64,000 bases of DNA. Origin: Octopus vulgaris (lineage: Eukaryota). Below are positions 12,048 through 22,559 of the stretch, one piece after another. Where the stretch lies: contig OX597818.1 of assembly GCA_951406725.2 (NCBI GenBank), forward strand, positions 69,254,001 to 69,318,000, given 5' to 3'. The notes beneath the pieces are model-generated. The model searched no databases. It had not been told where the DNA came from and saw nothing but the letters and a program-made list of their open reading frames with translations. The position numbers and the translations under genes were made by a program. The first letter of the stretch is position 1; each line of letters opens with the position of its first letter.

Positions 12048-14444
12048 TTGGTAACAGGAGAGATCAAGTGGGAGTCACCTGACGTGCTAATAATAGCAGC
12101 TAAATTACTCTTAAACTGCTCCTTACTCTTTCAAAAGGTGTAGGATTAAGATTGAATAAGTTAGACTTGAATGAATTACCTGACAACAAAATGGGATAGT
12201 CATGACTGGAAAGCCTTGACATAGATTTGATTGATCAGAACTGACTTGGGTTTATTAAACAGCAGCATCACCAAGAAAACAAGGCTGTCCCATTCATTAG
12301 ATGACATCATTAAATTAGATACCGTAACGAGCCAATATAGATTTGAATTTCCGTCAACAAAAAGATCAGCATCAGCTCCAGTCCACTGCATATTATTGTA
12401 TTTACATTAATTAGCTGGAATGATAGATTAGTTGAGAAAGATATTTAACAATATAGTTCTCACAACAAGAATTCATGCAAACGAAGAATCGATTGAAAAT
12501 GGTGAGAGAAATAAATATAAAATGAAAAGTAGATTCTCCAAAATTAGATATTTTGTTCATGGAAAAATAATGGAATAATGCATTATTCTAAAGTCTGTCT
12601 ATAGAATATATTATAGCTGTCAAGACTGGAAAGTTAAATTAAAAGCTAGTTAAAACCAAATGCCATTAAAACACTACACAGAAACTAATTTCATTCATTC
12701 TCTCATAGACACACACTCAAGAATGCAGCCATCAATTTCTTTCTTAACTGTTGAAGTTCCATTTATAAATTTTTCATAAATTTTCTTCTTCTTCCACTCA
12801 TAAGCTTAGTTCAATGGCTCTGAAATGCTCACATTCTGATGATGGATTGGCCAGCAATTGGCTTCTTATTTACATCCTGCATTAAACATGGCAAACACAT
12901 AAATCATTTATGAAAATCTCAATTACATTGTGGAAATATTTGCTGCTTTTAACAATCTATATTATTAAATTTTGTTGTTGTGTGACCCCCAACCAACTTC
13001 TCCTCCAAGTGGGCTCTGATTAAGTAGACCCTTATCGATAAGCATCACATCCTAGTTTTCTGTTTTTCTCACACTTCTGTCTTTTACCTTCTATGTTTTA
13101 CTTGTTTCAGTCACAAGACTGTGGCCATGCTGGGGCACCACCTTAAATAATTCTTAGTTAAACAAATCAACCAGACTTATTCTTTTTAAAGCCTGGTACT
13201 TATTCTATTGGTCTCTTTTTGTCAAACCACTAAGTTACAGAGATGTAAACACACCAACACAGGTTGTCACGTCCTGAGTTCAAATTCCGCCGAGGTTGAC
13301 TTTGCCTTTCATCCTTTTGTGTTCAATGAATTAATTACCAGTTATGCACTGAGGTCAATGCAATCAACTTAATCCGTTTGTCTGTCCTTGTTTGTCCCCT
13401 CTGTGTTAATCCCCTTGTGGGTAGAAAAGAAATAGGTAAGGGGCAAACATAGGTACACACACACACACACATTGGGCTTCTTACAATTTCCATCTATCAA
13501 ATCCACATACAAATCTTTGTTCAGCCCAAATACAGTAGAAAATACACATTGTACCATACAGCAGAACTGAACCCAGAACCATGTAGCTGGGAAACAAGCT
13601 TCTTACCACACATCCATGCCTGTACCTTGACACACCTGCATTTAGCCATTCCTGTGCCTTTGTTTTAAATAATGTAACATGAAGTAGATTCACCTGCTAT
13701 TTCTAACAAGTCAGCCCTCAAATGGTGTTGTGTAATCCTAAATGAATCTTGTTTTTGCAAACTTTTAATAAAAGACATTCCATCTGTGACCATCCCATGT
13801 AGAAGCATTAAGGACAACAATATCTAACATGCCCTCATCTTATTTCAAACAGTTGAGGAAGATTCCATTGTTATCTTTAGCACTTGAAAGTTCCATGTTT
13901 GAGGCCAGTGAAGGACAACCTCGGTTCAATTCCTTCTATGACCAACTTTACTTTCCATTCTTGTGCTTTCACAAAGTAAGGCCACCAACTTTATTCAACC
14001 ATAATCCTGCCTTCCAAAATTCTGTGTCTTTGCCACATCTGAACTCATGGTAATATCATTCAGTATTGTTCTTTAACCCTAGGCCATTCCTCATTGACCA
14101 CACCTATGATCAATAAGTATTTCCATAATGAATATTACATAACATCTTCTCACTAAGTTTACCTGTGACTACATTATCCAGTATGTTTTACCTTATTTTT
14201 AAAATAGCAGAGTTTCAAAGGACATTTTGCTACTATTTCTGGCAGATCGAACAAACACATAGAAGCATACACTATTAATTATATAATTATTGCTATTTAT
14301 TTCAGCAGAAACTAAGATACTTAAACTTTTGGATAGAATTGGTCCAAGCCATCACTACCTTAGTAGCACCACTTCATTGCCAGAATTTTGGTAAAGTCTT
14401 CCCTGTACAGATAACTCCCCCCCCCGCATCCTCCACTACCACTG

Positions 14445-14800
14445 AAGGCCTGTGGCTAAGTGGTTAGAGGCTATTCACCGCATGATCAAAAAGGCAAGAG
14501 TTTGATACCCCGGTGGTACATTGCAGCCTTGAGCAAGACACTTCATTTTATGCTGTTCCATTCCATTTACCTTATTTCAAAAACCAGCTTCGACACCTTC
14601 TGTGTCACACTGAATCTCCCTGTGAACAACATTGAAGGTACACATGACTGTGGAATATTCAGCCACTTGCATATCTGTGAACTACATTGAGGATACAGAT
14701 AACTGTGGAGTACTCAGCCACTTGCATAATAATTTCACAAGCAGGCCATCCTGTTGATTGGATCAACTGGAGCCCCCTGTCGTCATAACTGACATTGTGT
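14445..14800 (+). mobile_element. tRNA-derived SINE with V/MESC-type core (ccttgagcaagacactt)
   Basis: A-box-like gtggctaagtggttag and B-box-like gagtttgatacc precede the core. Related copies lie at about 7560-7830 (+), 19610-19880 (-), 49110-49260 (+) and 63375-63680 (-). Confidence 0.6.
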
Positions 14801-15604
14801 CTATACTAGTCCCCCATTCCAGTCTTGGGGGCATGGGAGGGGGAGGGGGATGCTCTCTTGACCTTTAAAATAAGAAAAGAAAACTCTAATAATAATTTGG
14901 CAGCGAACATTCTAGAAGAAGCAGTGAACTGTCAGAGTAGTTGGATACTTGGATAGATTTGTAATTTGAGGAAAATAATCAGCCCACTTCTTCCATTCGT
15001 CCAGGGTATCCAAAAGAAAATACGTTGTGGTATTAATCCTCAATCTCAACATTCTGGACTCAAATCCCACCAAGATCACACCTTGCCATTTGAACTTTCA
15101 GAATTAATTCTGAAAGTTCGAATGTCAAGGTGCCAATACAGGGTGGTGCATTGGTCAAACTATCAAAGGAATGGATGAGATGCTGCAGTAATATCTGTTC
15201 TAGGGGGGTCGGGTTCTGGCTGTAAGCTCTGAGATGACACTGGTACATAACTATATCTGACCTTGGACAAACATTGGTAGCATGGAGAAAGAAGACTTCT
15301 ATATTGAGGCAATTAAGAATCTTTCTACCATGGAATGGCTGTGTAGTAAGAATTTGCTTCTCAACCACATGGTTCCAGGTTCAGTTCCTCAAGCTAGTGT
15401 TTTCTACGATAGCCTTAGCCAAAGCGTTGTGGATGAATTTGGTAGATGGAAACTGAAAGAAGCTCATTGTATGCATTATTTGTATGTACAGGTCTTTGTA
15501 TAAGTGTTTGTCCCTCAATACTTGCTTGACAACTAGAGTTGGTTTATTTCCCCATAACTTAACAGTCCATATATTCACCCATTATACCTCCTGACTTTCA
15601 ATGG

Positions 15605-15640
<36 letters not shown>

Positions 15641-16080
15641 GTAGAAAGAAACTCTCAAGAGAGAAGGTCTTCTTTTAATTTCCAACTAGGTGATCCACTC
15701 ACGAGGCCTTGGTCAGCCTGGGGCTATAGCAGAAGACACTAGTCCAAAGTGCTGTGTAGTGGGACGGAACATACAAGCACATGATTGGGAAACAAGCTTC
15801 TTAATGACACAGCCACATCCTCATTTATTAGCAAAGAATATTCACAAAGGGAATGTCTGTAGACTTAGAATTTGGTAAACATTCAATTTCAAAACATCGG
15901 TTTCAGACTTTGGCACAGGATCAGCAATTTCAAGGGAGATACTAAGTCAATTACATTGACCCCAGTACGCAACTGGTACTCATTTTATAATCCCAAGAAG
16001 GCAAAGTTGACCTCAATGGAATTTGAACACAAAACATAATTACAGATGAAATGCTGCCAGGCATTTTGCCAATAATTTTT

Positions 16081-16603
16081 GGCAGATTGCATGATTTCTG
16101 CCAAATTGCATGATTTCTAGCAAATTGCATGATTTCTGCCACATTGCATGATTTCTGCCACATTGCATGATTTATGCCAGATTGCATGATTTCTGGCAGA
16201 TTGCATGATTCCTGCCAGATTGCATGATTCCTGCCAGATTGCATGATTCCTGCCAAATTGCATGATTCCTGCCAAATTGCATGATTTCTGACAGATTGCA
16301 TGATTTCTGCCACATTGCATGATTTCTTCCAGATTGCATGATTTCTGCCAGATTGCATGATTCCTGCCAAATTGCATGATTTCTGCCAAATTGCATGATT
16401 TCTGGCAGATTGCATGATTCCTGCCAGATTGCATGATTCCTGCCAAATTGCATGATTTCTTCCAGATTGCATGATTTCTGACAGATTGCATGATTTCTGC
16501 CAAATTGCATGATTTCTGCCAGATTGCATGATTTCTACCACATTGCATGATTTCTGGCAGATTACATGATTTCTGCCACATTGCATGATTTCTGACAGAT
16601 TGC
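16081..16603. repeat. 19-bp minisatellite, about 27 copies
   Basis: Unit cagattgcatgatttctgc. It explains the 19-aa periodic ORFs in all three minus frames. Confidence 0.96.
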
Positions 16604-17717
16604 TGCTTCCATCAATTTCAAAATACTAAACGATAGTTGTTGCTATTAATTGAGTTAATTAATGTTATATAATATGACATTAAATAAAGTTATAACTTTT
16701 TATCTAATATAATAGTGTGTGTGACTGAAGAAGATTTAGTTGCTATTTCTTGCAGAGTGGATAACCAAATAAATGTTTCTGCATTGGTTTATGACAGGCT
16801 AGCAGTTGCAGAAAGGATCTGTGCAGTAAACCAAGATATAAACTCAACTTTGCCCCATGGTGAAACATTTGTCAAATACAGGATACACCTTTGTTAAATA
16901 CAGTGTAACCCTTCATCAAATATGGTAAACTCCCTTGTTCTCTTTTTTTCATAAAGAGAAAAGGAAAACTTTTAGATTCCTTATTTTTCAGTTTGAGGCA
17001 CTAAACTTTCTGAGAATTGAATACTTTCCGCTAGAGGGCATCAGCCTTACCCAAATACAAATTAGAAAAATCTAACCAAATTGGCTGCTGGCAATTCTTA
17101 AGTACATAGTGGACAATATGAACAAAGAAAAAAAAGGTAGAAAAACGACTTAGAGACGTCTTAGTTTAATAGTTTTAATCCTCTGCCCATGTTGTTCAAT
17201 ATAAAACAGCCTTTTCTATTTATTTACTTTTGACTGTAAATAGCCTCACCTAATTTCTTTGCTTCATTTCATTTCCTTCTTCTTTTTTTTTTTATTCTTA
17301 CTTAGAATTATTTGGCAATACATTATTACCATTTCTTTCCAATCAACAATTCTCTTCTACATCCATTCTTGTTTAGCTGCATTTATTTCCAACACTCTCC
17401 ACCACCACCACCACCACCACCACAGTCATTTCATTGATTTCTTTTACATTTATTACATCACACAACACTGTCCTCCTATTTTACTTTTTTTCTGAGGATT
17501 TTCTCTCTTATATATATATATATATATTTTTTCTTTTTTGTTTCTCATTTCCTATGCAATATTTGACACCAATTAAACTTTGTCCTCCCCACTTATATAT
17601 CTGCCAACATGGCTGCTGTCAACATTGATTTATGGGTGACGATGTACAAAATGTAATTAATTTGTTTCGTCACTTTTTTTGCTCCCCATCTGATAAAATA
17701 CTGTTCCCTTCATATTA

Positions 17718-17749
<32 letters not shown>

Positions 17750-17803
17750 GTTATTATTGTTATTATTATTATTGTTATTATAATTATTATTATTGTTATT
17801 ATT

Positions 17804-18270
17804 AAGGTGGCAAGCTGGAAGAATCATTGACACACAAGACAAAATGCTTAGGGATATCTTTATGTTCTGAGTTCAAATTCTGATGAGTTCATCTTTGCCT
17901 TTCATCATTTTGGGGTTATAAAATTAATACCTATTTCTTTATTACCCACAAGAGGATAAACAAAGAGGGGACAAACAAAGGGATTAAGTCGATTACATCG
18001 ACCCCAGTGCCTAACTGGTACTTAATTTATCAACCCTGAAAGGATGAAAGGCAAAGTCGACCTCGTGGGAATTTGAACTCACAACGTAACACAGACGAAA
18101 TACCGCTAAGCATTTCGCCTGGCGTGCTAACGTTTCTGCCAGGTCGCCACCTTGGGGTTGATGAAATTAATACCAGTCAAGCACTGGGGTCAATATAATC
18201 GACTGTCGTCTACCCCACCACCACCACCACCACCCTAATTTCAGGCTTTGTGCCTATAACGGAAAAGATT
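17804..18270 (+). mobile_element. Nin/Deu-domain tRNA SINE interrupted by an opposite-strand copy of the same family (about 17932-18151)
   Basis: Head ggtggcaagctggaagaatc. The Nin core gactttgcctttcatcctttc appears on both strands. ttggggtt(g)at(g)aaattaatacc is duplicated around the inner copy. Confidence 0.8.
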
Positions 18271-18287
18271 ATCATTATTATTATCAT

Positions 18288-18843
18288 TGGGTGAGAGAGC
18301 AGTGCATGCCATCAAAGTGACACTGGAGTAAAATATACAAAGCCCAGCATACCCATCATGACTACCTGTCTAATAAGGGTACACCAGGCACATGCATCAC
18401 AACCATATGTGCATGACAAAGTTATTTCATATCAAGATAAACAGCACATGACCTTGCAGGTGGGGCCCAGTTAGAATTTTCTTCTGGTCGAGTAGCCTAT
18501 CCCACTAAAATGGTCCCTGAATAAGGGTTGTTTAAGGATGTTGAATGAAACACCCATGTTTTCAGAGATAAATTATCTAAACTCCAAAGATTTCCTCCCA
18601 ACACATGGCTATGGTGCTCCCCCATTACTTCTGCTTGTGATCAGAGATGCACATATCGTCAGCCACTAAGGGACATGCTCAACTGGTTATGGTCAAACAA
18701 CTGACAAGCAAATCTGTGGTATTGAGCAGAATATTTGCTGTAGCCCATCTTTTATACCAAGACAAAACAATGTACATGATAACACTTCCAATCAGTTAAG
18801 ATCAGAAGCCATGAGAGCTGCTGCCTGGTACTGCATCAGGGCA
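18288..18843 (-). mobile_element. Unclassified non-coding interspersed element of about 555 bp, flanked on both sides by (ATT)n
   Basis: Sharp boundaries against ATT repeats and no recognisable ORF. Orientation is only inferred from the presumed (TAA)n tail. Confidence 0.4.
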
Positions 18844-18893
18844 TTGTTACTATTATTATCCTCTCCTCCTCCTCCTCACCATCATCATCGTCG

Positions 18894-18972
<79 letters not shown>

Positions 18973-20908
18973 CATGGTGCTAATGAACTGGCAGAATTGT
19001 TAGCACATCAGACAAAATACTTAGTATCATTTCTTTGTCTGCTTCTATGTTCTGAGTTCAAATCTCACCAAGGTCAACTTTGACCTTTGTCCTTTCAGGG
19101 TATAAAATAAAGTACCAATTAAAGACTGTAATCAATGTAATCATCTGTCCCTCTCTAAAATTGTCAGCCTTCAGTCAAAATGTGAAGCGATTATTATTGT
19201 TGTTGTTGTTTTTCATATTATTAGTTTTGTTATCTTTATTGTTATTGTCTCTAGCATAGACACAAAACTTGAAATTGTGGAGAGCAGTTTAGTTGGTACC
19301 ATCAACCGTTGTACTCGATTGGTACTTTATTAGAGGAGGTAAGACAAAGTTGAACTCAATGGCATTCCAAGGCAGAATGTAAAAAAGAAGAAAAAGAAAT
19401 GACTAATGGTATTCTTTCTGATGGTTTAATGGCACCACCACCTTACCAATGAATGCATTCCTTTAATAAAATGAACAGGATTTGTACCATATACCATTGA
19501 TGAGAAAATCTGTAATTTAGGATTATTTTAGCATTTGGGGTCAATGGGGCACTGCTGCTATGCAGTGCATCTTGGGTGAGGAAGCCTGACAGAGCCTCTC
19601 CCGGCTAAACTCATTTCTACAGCTGAGTAGAACAACATGAAATGGTTTTGCTCAAGAACACAATGGATCACCCAGTCCGGGATCGAAACCACAATCGTAA
19701 ATCCAATACCCTAACCACTGAGCAATGCACCTCCACTTGTGGTGTTCATGTTTGCCAGCTGAGTGGACTGGGGCAACGTGAAATGAAGTGTTTTGTTCAA
19801 GAAAACAATGAATTGCCTGGTCCAGCAATCAAAAGCACAATTGTGTGTCCAACACCCTGACCCCTAAACCACATGCCTCCACATATGTGTGTATAAATAT
19901 GCATATGTGCACGTGCGCACCTTTAAATTCGCAATACATCATTCCATATATTGTTTACCACCTTTTAAACCCCCACCCCCTTCCTTTGCAATTTGTAAAC
20001 ATTTTTTTTTATTTTGTAACCTCTTGAAAGTTTTCTACATTTTCTATCTCTTCCAAAACTTTGTGGCTAATAAAGAAAATATCACTACCACCGTCATCAC
20101 CCTCCTCTTCCCCCACCTTCTCATCATCATTATCTTCATCATTACAACCATTATCTTCATCAATAAATATTTTCCCCCATCAGCAAAATACTTAGATAAT
20201 TTCTACCAGTTTATTCACAAATAATAATTGTTTTCTTTTTTAATAATTTCTTTTTGTATTTTCATCGGTTTTTCTCATCTAATTAGTCTAATTTTTGTCT
20301 CTTCTCATTTGTAAACTGAAGTTACATCACATCTATCAACACCCTTCAACAGAACAAATGTTTACTTGTTTGTTTTTTCCAATAAATGATCGAAATTCTC
20401 TCAATATTTCATTACAGAACCAGGGATAGCTGTTAGCAGCATGGCTTCCAGCCAACAATTCCTCAGACATTCAACAGCCTGAAAAGGAACAATTCTACTA
20501 AGTTGGTTCTCATTTGATTTACAAATTTTCTCTCAGACACATTGTCACAACATCTTGTTCCAACCAGTTTCCTTTTGGTTACATAAGCCTCACCTATTCC
20601 AATCAATTATTTCCCACTTTCATGTTCTGTGGTAGAAGTTCTTCAATTAGGATTAAAATTAATTTTAAAATTTAAATAAAAGTTAAAATTTTAACTTTAT
20701 TTTAATACTGAACTTGCTAACTTCTGAACAAAACTTAGCCCACATTCAAATAAGAAGTTGTTTATTCGTAATACCTCATGAGACCATTTGGAAAGATTAA
20801 GCTTAGCCCCTCAGACCATGCATTATAGAGCTATAAAGACATAAAATAAATGACTTTATTTACATTATTTACATTTAACGGATATTTGTCCTCATCTTCT
20901 TTGTTGTT

Positions 20909-20954
20909 AACACAATGTTTCGGCTGATATACCCTCCAGCCTTCATCAGGTATC
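20909..20954 (-). ncRNA. Minimal type I hammerhead ribozyme motif (stem III palindrome mutated)
   Basis: gatac CTGATGA a ggctg gagggtatat cagcc GAAA ca TT gtgtt. Confidence 0.6.
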
Positions 20955-21005
20955 TTGGGGAAATTTCAAACCTGGGTTCTCATTCCTAAGGTATTTTTCG
21001 ACGTT

Positions 21006-21093
<88 letters not shown>

Positions 21094-21159
21094 TCACTGC
21101 TTGGAATAGAACTCGGAATCTTGGGGTTAGTAGCCCGTGCTCTTAACCACGATGCCATA

Positions 21160-21205
21160 GACACCTGATGAAGGCTGGAGAGTATATCAGCCGAAACGTT
21201 GTGTT
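21160..21205 (+). ncRNA. Minimal type I hammerhead ribozyme motif (Penelope-type)
   Basis: gacac CTGATGA a ggctg gagagtatat cagcc GAAA cg TT gtgtt. Stem I is gacac/gtgtt, stem II is ggctg/cagcc, and the palindrome AACGTT replaces stem III. Confidence 0.75.
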
Positions 21206-21702
21206 AACAATAAACAAGATGAGGACAAATATCCGTTAAATGTAAATAATGTAAATAATTCCTCATCTCTTAAATATAGAACTATAAAATAAATGAGTTG
21301 CTATTTTTCTCAGAATAGCCGCACTCCCTTATGTCTGATGCTAAAAAGTTCTTCATTTATACCCTATGAGATTGTTTGACTTGATAGAAACAACAGTGAA
21401 ATCCTGCTCATGTCATACCATAACATCTTCAAAGAAGAACAAGTGTGTAAAACTGCAAGATTACTTGGTGGTGTGTTTAGTCTTTGGATACAAGGACCTT
21501 TATTTTTATGGCTGCTTGAGAAATAACAGCATCAGTACAGGCATAGCTCTTAGGTTTGCTTTCCAGCCACACGGTTCCAGGTTCTGTCCCACTGCATAGC
21601 ACATTGGCCAAGTATCTTCTGATATTGCCTTGGGTCAAGTAAAGCCTTGTGAGAGGATTTGGTAGACAGAAACTGAAAGAAGCCTATCATATTTATCTCT
21701 GT

Positions 21703-22276
21703 GTGAACTTTAAATTTGTTGAAATACGTTTGCGATATATTTCAACCTTGAAAGGCAAATTCTCTGCAGTTACCAAGGAGAAAAATTCCCTCTTATGGTA
21801 AAAAGATATAAAAACACCATATCTGTCCACTGCTGCCTTCTGTCAGATTCCCAGACACTGCATTTCTAACTCTTTAGCCGTTATCAATAGGAAATGCCAA
21901 AGAGAGGCAACTTTGGACAGACTTGTTAAAGCCATAGCTTTAACTAAAACATGGTCAACAACACTGGCTGAGTTATGCCATGAGACCACCAAGTCAGCAA
22001 AAATTACAGCAGTATTAGCAGTAATCAGTGTTTAGGTTTAAGTGAACTTTAGGTTAGTTAAAATATGTTTCTGACTTCTAAAGGCAAATTTGATGAGATT
22101 CCTGGGGAGAAAAAATCTCTCTTATGGTAAAAATATCATAACTGTCTAGTGCTGATCCCTGCTGGATTCCCAGACACTGCATTTCTAGCTCATTAGCCGT
22201 TATCAATAGGAAATACCAATGAGAGGCAACTCTGGACAGAATCATTAAAGCCATAGCTTTAACTGAAACACAGTCA
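21703..22276. repeat. Diverged local direct duplication, about 240-bp unit at about 330-bp spacing
   Basis: About 21703-21960 matches about 22042-22276. Shared runs include gattcccagacactgcatttcta, ttagccgttatcaataggaaat and ttaaagccatagctttaact. Confidence 0.85.
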
Positions 22277-22559
22277 TGTGCATATACATGTGTTTGTGTG
22301 CATGTGTGTGTTTGTGTGTGTGTGTTTCTGAGTGTGTGTTTCCCTCCCCACTGCTTGACAACTAATGTGGGTATGTTTATGTCCTTGTGACTTAGCATTT
22401 CAACAAAGGTGACCGATAGAATGGCTACCAGGCTTATAAGAAGAATAAGTGACAAGGTTGATTTGTTTGACTAAAATCCTTCAAGGCACTGCCCCAGCAT
22501 GGCCACAGTTTAATGACTGTCTCAAATAAAAGATACATAACTGTGTTGTAGAGGGTTTC

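Larger units (their letters stand above)
20854..21283 (-). mobile_element. tRNA-headed, hammerhead-bearing SINE-like element with an inverted duplicate of its 3' end and a 13-bp TSD
   Basis: Minus-strand head tggcatcgtggttaagagcacgggctactaaccccaagattccgagttctattcc, then (AAT)n(GAT)n, then the hammerhead tail. 21160-21260 is an inverted copy of about 20856-20954. ataaaataaatga flanks the element at 20841-20853 and 21284-21296. Confidence 0.85.

Noticed and set aside
15951-16586. Cys-rich repetitive 211-aa ORF or CRISPR-like array
   Set aside because: Head-to-tail 19-bp minisatellite with no unique spacers and no cas genes. Open frames follow from the unit sequence.
21089-21160. tRNA gene candidates (also about 32951-33025 and 37486-37566)
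   Set aside because: These are SINE heads with A/B boxes, fused to repeat bodies and multi-copy, without a convincing complete cloverleaf.
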